From assembly GCF_001194135.2 (NCBI RefSeq), contig NC_068989.1, positions 10,451,761-10,515,760 on the forward strand: a DNA stretch of 64,000 nucleotides, read 5' to 3'. The DNA comes from Octopus bimaculoides. Taxonomy: Eukaryota. The notes under the pieces were generated by a model. That model searched no databases. It saw nothing but the letters and a program-made list of their open reading frames with translations, and was not told the DNA's origin. The number at the start of each line of letters is the position of its first letter. Positions within the stretch are counted from its first letter, which is position 1. A program made the translations under genes and the position numbers. This document shows positions 50,040 through 62,870 of the stretch, piece by piece.

Positions 50040-51400
50040 GGAGCACTACTTAATCACTAGATGGGCATCTAGTTGTTAGGTGTACTTGGCTAAAGGTTAG
50101 GCAGAAAAGAAGAGATTTTCTGATGTCCTGCAATGTGAGGATCAAAGGTGGGAAGTACTCAGGGTTGTAAGGCAGGATTGTGAGAGAGTACCAAGATGTC
50201 ATAAGTGAGAAGGCTGTTTGAAATGATGACAGCAAGCTTGCTATTGATATGGAACAAAAGAAACTGGTGTGGAAATGCTATTATGAAAAGCTGCTGAACA
50301 TGGAACAAACAAGGATTACTCCATGCTGACAGAATAGAGGGACCAGTGATTCAAGTCGACAACAGCGTGGTAGATAGTGATTTAGGGTATGAAGAGAAGG
50401 TGGGGGAAGCTGGGGGTCCATCGATGACAGTTGCAGAGATACTTAAAAATATCTGGGAAGTATGATATAAGATTACTACCTGGATAGTTAATCAATTCAT
50501 TCAGGAGCGTGTTGTACAGCAGTATCATTGTAGACTGCAGCATGGGCAAAGCTGATACTTTAGAGGGAAGCAACTGTAGGGTAATCAAACTTGGATCAAG
50601 TTACGAAGGTCACAGAGAAAGTCATAGCCTAATTAATCTGTGATAGAGTAGACCTGGATGAGTTGCAGTTTGGTTTTGTCCCTGGAATATGCAATCTTCC
50701 TAGTGAGGCAATTACTGAAGAAATACCGAGCTAAGAGTAAACTGCAGTACTTGGCTTCTGTTGATTTGGAGAAAGCATTTGACAGGGTAGTATATTCAGT
50801 AATCTGGTGGGCACCGAGGAAACTAGGAGTAGATGAATGGCTTGTGTGAGCAGTTGAAGCTATGTACAAGGATGCTGCAAGTAAAGTGGGAGTTGGCAGT
50901 GACTTCAGTGATGAATTAGGTTGGAAGGTTAGGGTCCATCAAGTTTTTTCCTATTCATCATAGTCACACAAGCCATCAGAGTGGAGTTTTAGACTGTCTA
51001 TGGAACTCCTATAGTTCTCATAACTGTAGGGGAATTAGAAAAGAAATCCCAAGCATGGAAGCTAAACCTGGAATTGAGGGGCCTCAATGTAAACCTAGGA
51101 AAGACGAAGGTTTTAGTAAGTAGCAAAGAAGACAGGACCCTTGTAACTTCAGAGAAAGGGCCTTACTTGAAATGCGGAAAAGGAGTAGGTATAAACTTCA
51201 AGTGTTATACTTGATGTAGGCTATGGACATATAAGAGATGTAGTGGAAACACTAGTAGATAACCGAAAATGTAAGCTTCATTTGCAGTAGATGCACTGGA
51301 ATGGTTCATATGAACACAGCTGGAATTGAGTTTCTTAAATGCTCAGACAACTCACTAGAAGTAGTTGATAGCTCTTGTTATCTAGGAGATGTAATTAGCA
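50040..51400 (+). mobile_element. Decayed RTE LINE (RT region)
   Basis: YAIFLVRQLLKKYRAKSKLQYLASVDLEKAFDRVVYSVIWWAPRKLGVDEWLV (50658-50849) with degraded flanking RT sequence. Confidence 0.85.
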
Positions 51401-51783
51401 AGCAAGGTGACTGCCCTTCTTAATGCCAACCACTTTACAGCATGGACGAGGTGCTTTTTGTTATAGAAACCATGATAAAAATGGAAAGTACAAGTGAGAT
51501 ATGGTCTCTACACTCTCTCGTAGGGCAGTAACACCAAGCAAGAACTGACTTGGTCTGGGAGAACCAGTCCTACCCATACCAGCATAGATTAGAATGAAAT
51601 GATATGTGGTTGAGCATATCTGTGGTCAAGGGTGTGGTTATCTCATCTCTGTTTTTTTTTTTTTAGGCATAGTGTACCTAGGTTTACATAATTCTGTGTG
51701 TGCTCTTTTAATGGTTGTACATGGTTTGAAGTTTATTTGATTGCTAATTTTAGCTGCTCAAGTGACTCTGTAAAGGTTTCTTC

Positions 51784-51818
<35 letters not shown>

Positions 51819-51944
51819 GTAGTTGTCTGGTTGATTCAGTTGATTAGAGTGTTGTGCTAATGACACGAATGTCATGGGTTTGATCCCCATACTGGCCCAG
51901 CTTATCTTTTGTGCCAGTGGCATGTAAAAAGCACCCGGCACACT

Positions 51945-52335
51945 CTATGAAGTGGTTGGCATTTGGAAGGGTGTCCAGAAGTAGAAACCATTCCACAACA
52001 GACAATTGGAGTCTGGACAGCTCCCCAGTTGGCCAGCTTCTATAAAACTGTCCAACCCATGCCAGCATGGAAAATAGACGTCAAATAATGCTGATAATGA
52101 TGGTATCAGACCATCCAAATGGGTCGATGCCAGCCCCCTCTTGCCCCTATGCTGGTGGCACGTAAAAAGCATCCACTACATTCTTAGAGTGGTTGGCGTT
52201 AGGAAGGGCATCCAGCTGTAGAAACACTGCCAGATCAGATTGGAGCCAGGTGCAGCCTCCTGGTTTCCCAGACCCCAGTTGAACCGTCCAACCCATACCA
52301 GCATGGAAAACGGACGTTAAACAATGATGATGATA
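51945..52335 (+). mobile_element. Two tandem family C RTE tails
   Basis: GTGGTTGGC(A/G)TT(T/A)GGAAGGG...CCAACCCAT(G/A)CCAGCATGGAAAA occurs twice. Confidence 0.7.
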
Positions 52336-54174
52336 ATTTTCGTTTTAATGGCTTAATTTTTCACTAAATATGAATTACAAGTGATTTTCTTCTTTCTCTA
52401 GAGATCTAGAGTAACCCAAATGTCCTTTTAGCATTAATAGAAACTGGCTAACAATTGAGGTTTATTGGGCTTCTTAATGTACAACTGCTCTCCCCCTCCC
52501 CATTTATCTTTCCCTCTCACCTCCTACTTCCTCACTATGTCCTTCACCCACCTCCCCCACTGCATTCATCAAACTCTTTTCAACTCTTGTGCCTCCTCCC
52601 ATTGATTGCCACAGCTCAGGGATTCCAGGGTAATTTGTCTACTGTTCTTACTGCCAGCTTTCTGAACCACCCTGGGGCAGTTGAACTAAGGTATACTCAG
52701 GCAACTGAGCAAGGTCACTGATATATTGAGCCATTTTTAGGGTAATGAATATTCTCTTATCTTTTAATAATGACACACACACACACACACACACGTCATC
52801 ATCATCATCATCGTCATCATTTAACACCATCATTTTCCATGCTGGCTTGGGTCAGATGGAATTTGTTGAGGCAGATTTTCTATAGCCAGATGCCCTTGCT
52901 GTTGCCAACCCTCTTCTGTTTTTCAGCAAAGTAATATTTTCCCATAACTAGATATGTTTTTCATGGAAGACTGGAAACAAACAACCTTGCTTATATGATT
53001 ATGCTCATTTATAACCATCATGTGATGTCTTGACAAGGGCCACACAAACATACACATACACCCCTATACATACATACGTCCATCCATCCATCTATCTATC
53101 TGATGGGTTTCTTTCAGTTTCTATTTACCAAATTCCGGGGCTATAGCAGAAGATATTAGCTTATAGTGCCATGCAGTGGGACTGAACCCAAGACTACATG
53201 ATTAGGAAGCAGACTTCTTAACCACGCAACCACAATAAATATTAGTATGAAAAGATATTCACAACAAAATAGATATGATGGTATATTATGAATATTTAAA
53301 AATAAAACTGCGACAGAAGACAATAATAAAAATTTTATATATTATTGAAAGTACTTAAAGGGACTTCTTAATCACCCCATATCTTATAAAATCTCCCATC
53401 TCAAAAGGTAATATACTCAGTATAATTGATCTTTGGTTGTTCACTTTTAATATCTTCTGTCAACTGAATATATTGTTATTAAATGTTTCTTTCGTCTTGT
53501 CTCTGTTTTGTTTGCTTTAATCATTAATAGTTTTAGTTGATAGATTCTCCTGTCCTTGTTCAGGCTATTTTGATTAGCTGACATTCAATACATGTAGATG
53601 AGTACAAACACTTTGCTCTTGCTGGAACATGATAACCTCTTTATTGCCGTGATAAACGGTACCCAGTATAGTCTAAAGTGGTTGGTTATGGGAAGGGCAT
53701 CCAGTTATAGAAAGATGTGGTTCCTGACTTATTTAGGAAGGTGGTAACTTTGTACAAGAACTGAGTTGAATAGTAATGACACTTTTAACCCATCCCAGCA
53801 TAGAAAAGTGGATGTAAAGTGAGGATAATGATGATATTAAAATTACAAACGATATTCATTTTAAAAGAAAACCCAGAAATTATGTACCAAAAGGATATTG
53901 GATAAGAAGGAAGATATTGATTGTATCTTTAGATTTAAATGATTCCACATACTGGCTTTAAATTGCAAAAGTGATTTCTCTTCAGTGCTGCAAATGTTTG
54001 TGGACAGTGAAAAAAATTTATTTACTGACCAAAGTCAACATAAAAAGTAGTTGTATTTAGTATTAAATATGATAGGTGTAGACTTTGAACCAATAAGCAT
54101 AAAATATGGTAGGTGTACACTCTAACCAATAAGCAAGCTGCTTATTGGTTAGAGTGAAAATATCTTCTTGAATT

Positions 54175-54208
<34 letters not shown>

Positions 54209-54374
54209 AAGCTGTGAGTACCATTGTTTGAGAGGAGGACTATTAATTTTTATGTAACTTAAAAAAAAAATGGAATTGGTGGATGGAAACTGAAAGAGGC
54301 CTATTGTGTGTGTGTGTTTACATTTGCTCTTCTCCACAAATCACTTAACTGTGGTTTATGGTATTGCTGTCCTG

Positions 54375-54627
54375 TGCAGGTGGCACATAAAAAACACCAT
54401 CTTGAGCGTGGCCGTTGCCAGTACTGCCTGACTGGCCCTTGTGCCGGTGGCACGTAAAAGCACCCACTACACTCTTGGAGTTGTTGGCATTAGGAAGGGC
54501 ATCCAGCTGTGGAAACTCTGCCAGATCAGATTGGAGTCTGGTGTAGCCATCTGGTTCGCCAGTCCTCAGTTAAATCATCCAACCCATGCTAGCATGAAAA
54601 GCGGACGTTAAACGATGATGATGATGT
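54375..54627 (+). mobile_element. Family C RTE 3' region
   Basis: Homologous to 18600-18985; (GAT)n tail. Confidence 0.72.
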
Positions 54628-57059
54628 CATTTGTGTTGCTGTATACTAGCTTTGTGTCTCTGATAACGTGGAATTTGATATTCCTCACTTCAGAAATAGT
54701 TATGGGTTGGTGATAGGAAGGGCATCCAGCTGTAAAACAGTGCCTCAATAATATATTTGTGCAACCCCTACTAGAATAAAAAAAAAAACGGTGAGCAAAC
54801 TTCTGAGCAATGAATTATTCAAGAGTGGTGAATTATCAGAACTGGTAGAATCCCCATCAATTAACATCTGTCTTCCATGCTGGCATGGTTAGACAGTTCA
54901 TCAGGATCTGATGAGCCAGAGGACTGCATTGAGCCCTAGTGTCCATTTAGACATGATTTCTGTGGCTATATGCCCTTCCTGATGTCAACCCCTTTACAAA
55001 GTGTACTGGGTGCATTTTTTCATGGCTCTGGCACTAGTGAGGTAACCAAGTAACTCATAAGACTATACCCCCCNNNNNNNNNNCCCTCATTTAAGTAGGG
55101 ATACTGTATTGTGGGAAGTAGTTTTATATCGGGTGTTAAAATAAAAGTATGTTGGACAAAATGCTTTGCAATATTTATGTTCTGAGTTCAAATCCTGCTG
55201 AGGTCAATTTTGTGTTCCATCTCTCTGGTTGATAAAATAAGAACAGTAAAGTTAGTCCTGGGGTTGGTTTAATCAGTTATTCCCATTCTTCAAGATATTT
55301 AGTTCTGTGCTTCTGTTACAAACCACATATCACTTCTCCGTTTCCTCCTTACATAAAGTTATGTGGTTTCCCTTACAATTTGTCAAGGCCCTCTCAAGAA
55401 TTGCAGCCTTCAGTTTTAGAATCACTGTTGTAGTCAACCAATTTGAAATAGGTTTTATTTATTTAGTTTTTTTGGCCCAGTTAGTATTAATTGATACTTT
55501 TTTTTAACAAAACACAGCTTTAAGTTTGAGGAGTGGCTACACTCTGATATACATTGGCATATTTTTCTATATGGTGTTGATAGTGTTTAAGATGCAAAAT
55601 CTGTTTTGGTAAGATTGGAATCGAAAAAAATGAAGTGATGAATTTCAGATACAATAAGGCATTTATGTCAATACTGCCCCATGACTGTCTTTACAATCCT
55701 GTACATTGATATTTATTTACTAGTTTTATAAGATTAAGTTTGTAGTTGTTTAAATCAACTTGGACATATTATTGATATGTGGCGTAGGTGTGGCTGTGTG
55801 GTTAAGAAGTTTGCTTCCCAACCATGTGGTCTTGAGTTCAGTTTCACTGTGGCACCTTGAGCGAGTGTCTTCTACTTTAGTGCCAGACCGACCAAAGCTT
55901 TGTGTGTGGATTTTGTAGATGGAGAACTGAAAGAAGCCCATCATGTGTGTGTGTTTGTGCGTGCACATGTACCTTGTCTGGACATCATGTGATGGTTGTA
56001 AATACAAGTGAGGTTGTTTGTTTCCAGTCTTCTTCAAAAAACATGTCTGGCCATAGGGAAATATGACCTTGCTTGGAAACAGGTAAGGGTTAGTGACAGG
56101 AAAGACATCCAGCTGCAGAAAATTTGCAGAATTGCAAGTATCCATCAATTTTTGCCACCCACTATTTCTGGGAAGGTCATAGGGTTAGAGTCCTCAGATT
56201 AGACATCTCCTCCATAGGATTCTATTGTAAGCAACTGTCATTAAACTTTCCTGCTGGATTCCTAAGTGCGATGAACTGAGACTATGAATAGTATCTGATC
56301 ATCTCTCTTACAATCTACCCCTAGGCGTCTGCTAATTGGTTTAGCTTTAAGAATCTGTTTTGCAAGACTTTGTTGTTGCAGTCTAACCACGTCTGAAATA
56401 CTGTGACTTCTCAATGCAAAGAAGTAGTGGTTCAGCCTAGAGAGACTTCTTAATCTCTGAGCATTGTATCTTATTGAGTCATGTTACTCCAGAGATCCTA
56501 TTACAAAGAGAGAAAGATATGTTTTCAATGTGACATCAACATTGTCATTCATCATCATCATTGAACGTCTGTCGTCCAGGCTGGCATGGTTGGATGGTTT
56601 GACCAGGGCTGGCCAGCAGCACCACGCTCCAGTTGTCTGTTTTAGCATGGTTTCTATGGCTGGATACCTTTCCTAACATCAACCACTTTACAGAGTGTGC
56701 TGGATGCTTTTACATGGTAGTGCACGAGTACTTTTATGTGGCCTTGGCACAGGACTTCACCAGGGAGAGTGGCCTTAGCACATCTGCTGTAGAGTATGGG
56801 TCTTCTTGAGTAATTTGTGTGGACAACATGCAGAATATTTAAGAAGCTTGCTTTGCAAATGTGAGATATTGGATTTTATCCTGTTGCATGGCATTTTGGA
56901 CAGATATCTTTTACCACAGACTCAGGTCAGCCTGAGGGAAATTGGGAAAATGGAAAATGTGTGGAAGCCCACCAAATGCACATGGCTTGTAATTCAAAGG
57001 CCCTGTCTTCTCATTTATTGTCACACTGATTCATTTTGAAAATGATATTGAGTATACGT

Positions 57060-57091
<32 letters not shown>

Positions 57092-57951
57092 ATACATGTT
57101 GGCGTAAATATTTACTTCTTGCACAAGAATCAATGAGCTACATATGGTGACATTTACTGATATTTCCTTGTCAACAAATTGTCTGGCAGCTCTGTGCTTC
57201 CAAAGACAAGTGAAATGAAAATGCCTCTACTTGAAAAACAGGAAGGGTATCTAGCTGTGAAAAAAACGTCTCGGTAATAATAGGCATTCATTTAACTCAT
57301 GCTTGCATGGGAAAACAGACATAAAATGAACAAACGAATGCATGTCGTACATCATCGCCATTGTTTATCGTTGTTTAACATTCACACTTCCATACCTGCT
57401 TGGCTCGGATAGAGTTTATTGGGGAAGATTTTCTGTGACTGGATGCTTTTCCTGTTGCCAAGATTTACCTGTTTCCAGGCAGGGTCATATTTCCCCGTGG
57501 CCAGACATGTTTTTTGCAGAATACTGGAAATGAATGACATTGCTTGCTTGACAGTGACAACCATTTACACCTATCATGTGATGTCAAGAGAAGGAAACAC
57601 ATACACACACGTACAGACACATATAAGGATGGGCTTACAGTTTCTGTCTACCAAATCCATTCATAAGGCTTTAGTTGAACCTGGGGCTATGATGTGCCAT
57701 ATTGTGGGACTGAACCTAAAACCATGTAGTTGAGAAGTAAACTTCTTAACCACATAGCTACATCTGCACCTATTCATATGTTATAAATATCTTCATCTAT
57801 TTATTTATTTATCCGTTTGGGCAAGGCATTGTCATGATTTTGAAATGTCTCCTTTGAATAAATCTTCTTTTAACAGCTTTTAACAATATTATTCTGTGTT
57901 GTCCATGAGTGTTTCTTATTTTCATCACCCCCAAAATTGTTTCTCTTGCAG

Positions 57952-58080
57952 GTAACCAGTGATGACAAACCCAAAATTCTTGATCTCATCGATACAACAG
58001 GTTCTGGAGATGTTGACACATCAACTGTTGTTGAAGTTAATCAGAACGAAATTATTGGCCTCACTGGGCGTAATCTTAAA
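57952..58080 (+). CDS. TPP2: Tripeptidyl-peptidase II coding exon 2
   Basis: TTTCTCTTGCAG acceptor, AAA|GTAAGG donor, 129 bp, phase 0 to 0. Encodes [43 protein letters not shown], which continues TPP2. Confidence 0.96.
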
Positions 58081-58167
58081 GTAAGGAAATAGCTTTTTTT
58101 TCTCTTGCTTTCATTTACATTATCTGTCTTTCTCTTTCAGTCACATTATCTCTCTTACTCACATTTA

Positions 58168-58202
<35 letters not shown>

Positions 58203-58404
58203 ACATAATCACTCTCACATTATCTCTGTTTCACTCGTGTTGTTTCTGTCTTGCATTTTCTCTCTCTCATTCACATTATCTTTCTCCTTCTCTCATTCAC
58301 ATTTTCTGTCTCTTCCATTCACATCCTCTCTTTCTCACATAATTTCTCTTACTCTCACAGTCTCTCCTACATTTTGTATATATTTCTCTTGCTCACATAT
58401 CTCT

Positions 58405-58950
58405 CTCTCTCTCAAATTATCTCTCTCTCTCTCTCTCTCAAATTATCTCTCTCTCTTTCACTCAAATTATCTCTCTCTCTTTCACTCAAATTATCTCTCT
58501 CTCTTTCACTCAAATTATCTCTCTCTCTTTCACTCAAATTATCTATCTCTCTCTCTTTCACTCAAATTATCTATCTCTCTCTCTCTCACTCAAATTATCT
58601 ATCTCTCTCTCACTCAAATTATCTATCTCTCTCTCACTCAAATTATCTGTCTCTCTCTCACTCAAATTATGTCTCTCACCCAAATTATCTATTTCTCTCT
58701 CTCTCTCAAATTATCTCTCTCTTTCACTCAAATTATCTCTCTTTCACTCAAATTATCTCTCTCTCTCTCACTCAAATTATCTCTCTCTCTCTCACTCAAA
58801 TTATCTCTCTCTCTCTCACTCAAATTATCTCTCTCTCTCTCACTCAAATTATCTCTCTCTCTCCCACTCAAATTATCTCTCTCTCTCTCACTCAAATTAT
58901 CTATCTATCTCTCTCTCACTCAAATTATCTCTCTCTCTCTCTCTCTCTCT
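58405..58950 (+). repeat. Minisatellite array (CACTCAAATTATCT(CT)n), ~20-28 bp unit
   Basis: About 20 tandem units seen directly. Confidence 0.92.
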
Positions 58951-59824
58951 CACTCACACTGTATATATATATATATCTCACATTATCTTTCCATCTCACT
59001 TCATCTTTCAATCTTGTAATCGCTCTCCTCACTTGCGTTTTTCTTTCTCACTCTCTCACATCTCTCTCTCTCTCTCTCGGTCAATTATCTTTCTCATTTC
59101 TCATCTCTCTTACCTCTCTTTCTTCCTCTCTCCCTCACCCACTCTCTCATTCAGTTTACTTTCATTTGCTCTCTTACCCTCTCTTTCTCGCACATGCTTC
59201 ACTGTCTCCATACAATTCCCCCCCCTCTCTCTTTCATCTTCATAAAATAAATTGTCGGTCACTTATCATTAGCAGTAAGGCTGATCTTTTCTGTCTCAAA
59301 TCGGTGCTTATAATTTCTGATATCATTCGATCACTGTATTTGTTGGCATCATCAACAAAATGTTTTTGTTTTAGATCTAAATAGTGCCGAAGAGAATTAA
59401 AAATTTCTGCACATGTCTTCGGTCACCAAACTGCAGTTGTTATTGTTCTTACTTCGTAACTTAAGTGACAACACTAAGAAAAACATCTGTTTCTCAAACA
59501 ATTCCTCTGATCATATATACGTAAAAGCATTTTGTTGCTGTAGTTAAGGGTCTTTGATTCTGGAATACAAGTCAGTGTTGTATATGGTGTAAATATTCAA
59601 ACATTGAGAGAGAGATGTAATCTGAGTGTCATACATATATATATATATATAAATTCATATATACTCAAATACCCAAAATATCAAGGAGTTTCTGCCTCAC
59701 TAACAGGAATTACACCACAGTTATTTTGTGATCTTTGCTACCGTGGTTTCTATTAACCCATTTATTCTATCCAAATTATTATTTATTAGGATAAAATAAA
59801 TACATATAATTAAATATATCTATC

Positions 59825-59835
<11 letters not shown>

Positions 59836-59856
<21 letters not shown>

Positions 59857-60246
59857 GAGTGAGAGAGAGGGGTATATAATTTGAGTGAGAAAGAGATATA
59901 TATAATTTGAGTGAGAAAGAGATATATATAATTTGAGTGAGAGAGAGATATATATAATTTGAGTGAGATATATATATATATAATTTAAATGAGAGAGATA
60001 TATAATTTAAGTGAGAGATATATATAATTTGAATGAGAGAGAGAGAGTGATATATAATTTGAGTGAGAGAGAGGGATGTATAATTTGAATGAGGAAGAGA
60101 GATATATAATTTGAGTGAGAAAGAGAGATATATATAATTTGAGTGAGAGAGAGAGGTATATAATTTGAGCGAGAGAGAGAGATGTATAAGTTGAGTGAGA
60201 AAGGGAGACGTATAATTTGAGTGAGTGAGTGAGAGAGAGGTATAAT
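59836..60246 (-). repeat. Minisatellite array (TATAATTTGAGTGAGA(GA)n), inverted relative of 58405-58950
   Basis: About 15 units; the reverse complement is CTCACTCAAATTATA(TA)n(TC)n. Confidence 0.9.
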
Positions 60247-60831
60247 TCCAATTACCAGAGTAATCATTTTTAGAACTAAGCACCTCTCCTAGAACCATCT
60301 TCCTCGTTTTGAGACAGGAGTAGGCCCTGTTTAACCAAGTGGATTAGAGTAAAAAGAGTCAAAGAGTGAGTCCTTTAACAAGATTTGAACCTGCATATCA
60401 TATTTTATCGCATACAAGTTGAAATTGTCTAAACTGAAAGTTACAGCCAAAAATGGCAGGTCAACTTGTCTAGGCACCTAGACAGCTTTAAAAGACCAAA
60501 ATTCCATGTCAAATGCAGCAGAATTTGGAAAGATAGTGACAATGTTTGGACTATTCAACCCTTACTATTAATCATTATCATCATCATCATTGTTTAATGT
60601 TCCCTTTTCCAAGCTTGCATGGAGGTCAGACAGATTGTTGTGGCAGATTGTTGCATGGTCAAACAGAAAAATTTTTTGGCTGTGTGCCCTTCCTGTTGCC
60701 TGCCCTTGTTTTCAAATAAGGTACTATTTTCCCATTGTCAGGCATTTTTCACAGAAGACTGCAGATGAACAACCCTGCTTGTATAGTGATGATACCCATT
60801 TGGAACCATCACATGATATCGTGAAAAGAGT

Positions 60832-60882
<51 letters not shown>

Positions 60883-61624
60883 ATTTACAGGGCTTTGGTC
60901 ACCATGGGGCTATAATATAAGATACTTGCTCAAGGTCCTGTGCAGTGGGACTGAACCCAAAACCACACAGTTGTGTAGCAAGCTTCTGAACTACACAGCC
61001 ACACCTGTATATCAATTATTGTTTGCTATGTCAATTTAAAAAGCAAAAATATTCTGATATATTGTTAGTTGTTGATAGCTTAGTTTAGTGTTCTCTAGAC
61101 AATTAATCCTCTGGTCACCTGACACTGACAGGATAGTTTAAAGAGTAATCAATACTTGGTAGATTAGATATAATGACATTAATGTTTTATTCTCCTGCTA
61201 TTAGATTTTGTTTAATACTTTTATTTACCTGGTTTTCATTTAGTCGGAGGCTATCTAAAATCTTATAGCAGTAAAACCAGTTTACTTAATGTTTGTTGTT
61301 AGTTTCCCCTCTGTTTTGTTCAGAACTAATAATTTTAAGAAACTGTTGACTTTCATTTGAAACTTATAATCCTGCTTTCATTTCTTTGTTTCTGTGTATT
61401 TCAGACATTGTTAATTTTTTTTGTCTCTCGCTTTTTCTCCCACCAAATTATACAGATAATGACAAAGTGTCTGTGTGTCAGAATAGTTGGTTACGTACGT
61501 TCAATATAGCACTGCGTTAATCAAATGAATTCTGCCACAATAATTAGCCTCACAGCACCTAAATAGTATATTTTGCCTGGAGGTAATAGCTACACTTGTG
61601 TTAAAGACATTCAAAAACATTTAA

Positions 61625-62310
61625 GTATGGCTGTGTGGAAAAAAGCTTGTTTCCCTGTCACATGGTTCCACGTTCAGTCCCACTGCATGGCAACTTGCGC
61701 AAGTGTCTTCTACTATAGTCTTGGGCTAACCAAAGCCTTGGGCTAACCAAAGCCTTGGGCTAACCAAAGCCTTGTGAGTGGATTTGGTAGACAAAAACTG
61801 AAAGAAGCTGCAAGCTGGCAGAAATGTTAGCACACCGGGCGAAATGCTTAGCGGTATTTTGTCTGCCGTTACGTTCTAAGTTCAAATTCTGTCGAGGTTG
61901 ACTTTGCTTTTCATCCTTCCGGGGTTGATAAATTAAGTACCAGTTACGCACTGGGGTTGATGTAATCAACTTAATCCCTTTGTCTGTCCTTGTTTGTCCC
62001 TTCTAATGTTTAGCCCCTTGTGGGCAATAAAGAAATAGGAAACTGAAAGATGCCCATTGTATATATATATATATATGTATTTATATGTATTTATGTGTGT
62101 CTGTGTTTGTCTCCCCCCCCCACATCGCTTGACAACCAATGTTGGTGTGTTTATGTCCCCGTAACTTAGCGGTTCGGCAAAAGAGACCAATAGAATAAGT
62201 ACCAGGCTTACAAAAAATAAGTCCTGGGGTTGATTTCTTTGACTATAACCCTTTAAGGCATTATTACTCTGGCATGGCCACAGTCAAATGACGCAAGCAA
62301 GTAAAAGAAA
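61625..62310 (+). mobile_element. Family B SINE with nested family A SINE (61811-62037)
   Basis: Insert flanked by AAACTGAAAGAAGC / AAACTGAAAGATGC. Confidence 0.8.
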
Positions 62311-62503
62311 AGAATATCCGTCTGCCTGCCTGCCTGCCTGCTTGTCTGTCTGTCTGTCTGTCTCGCTACATATTTAACCTCACCAACCACTCCAATTCCT
62401 CTCCCCATTACTTGACATCTTCCCTCACACTCTTATGGAACATCCCCCTCTTTCCCTTCTACTACTTATGCTCCCCTCCCCTACTGTCCCTGGTGGGTAG
62501 ACC

Positions 62504-62870
62504 CAGGGCTGGTTTAAGACCCATCGAGACCCTAAGCACTTAAAAGATTTTGGTGCCCCCATAAAAGATTATGTAATTCAAAATGTAAACAATAACAAAC
62601 CATAAAATAAATTTTTATTTTTCAAAATGAAACAAGACAGTAAGAGGGAAAATGTTTAATTTTGTATAGTTCCACTTTATTTATATTTGACAAGTTTCCT
62701 CCTACTTTTTTGAATTGCAAAGTCTTTGATCAGATCCTCAAAATTAATCTTAGGTAACACATCTGCATCTATACTTAGTAGAGATAAAGGCATCCTGAAT
62801 ATTATTTTAGCAAGTTTGAAGTGATTTCTTTTGTGCTGTAAACTATTTACCATTTCTGTGGTGCCCCTTT
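62504..62870 (-). mobile_element. hAT transposon 3' remnant
   Basis: Minus-strand translation LSLLSIDADVLPKINFEDLIKDFAIQKSRRKL resembles the hAT transposase C-terminus. CAGGGCTGG terminus at 62504. Confidence 0.72.

Noticed and set aside
58405-58950. CRISPR-like regularly spaced repeat
   Set aside because: Eukaryotic context, spacers are just variable CT tracts, and no cas genes.
58105-59384. 300-380 aa Leu/Ser-rich ORFs
   Set aside because: Translation of CT-rich minisatellite lacking stops; lies in a TPP2 intron.
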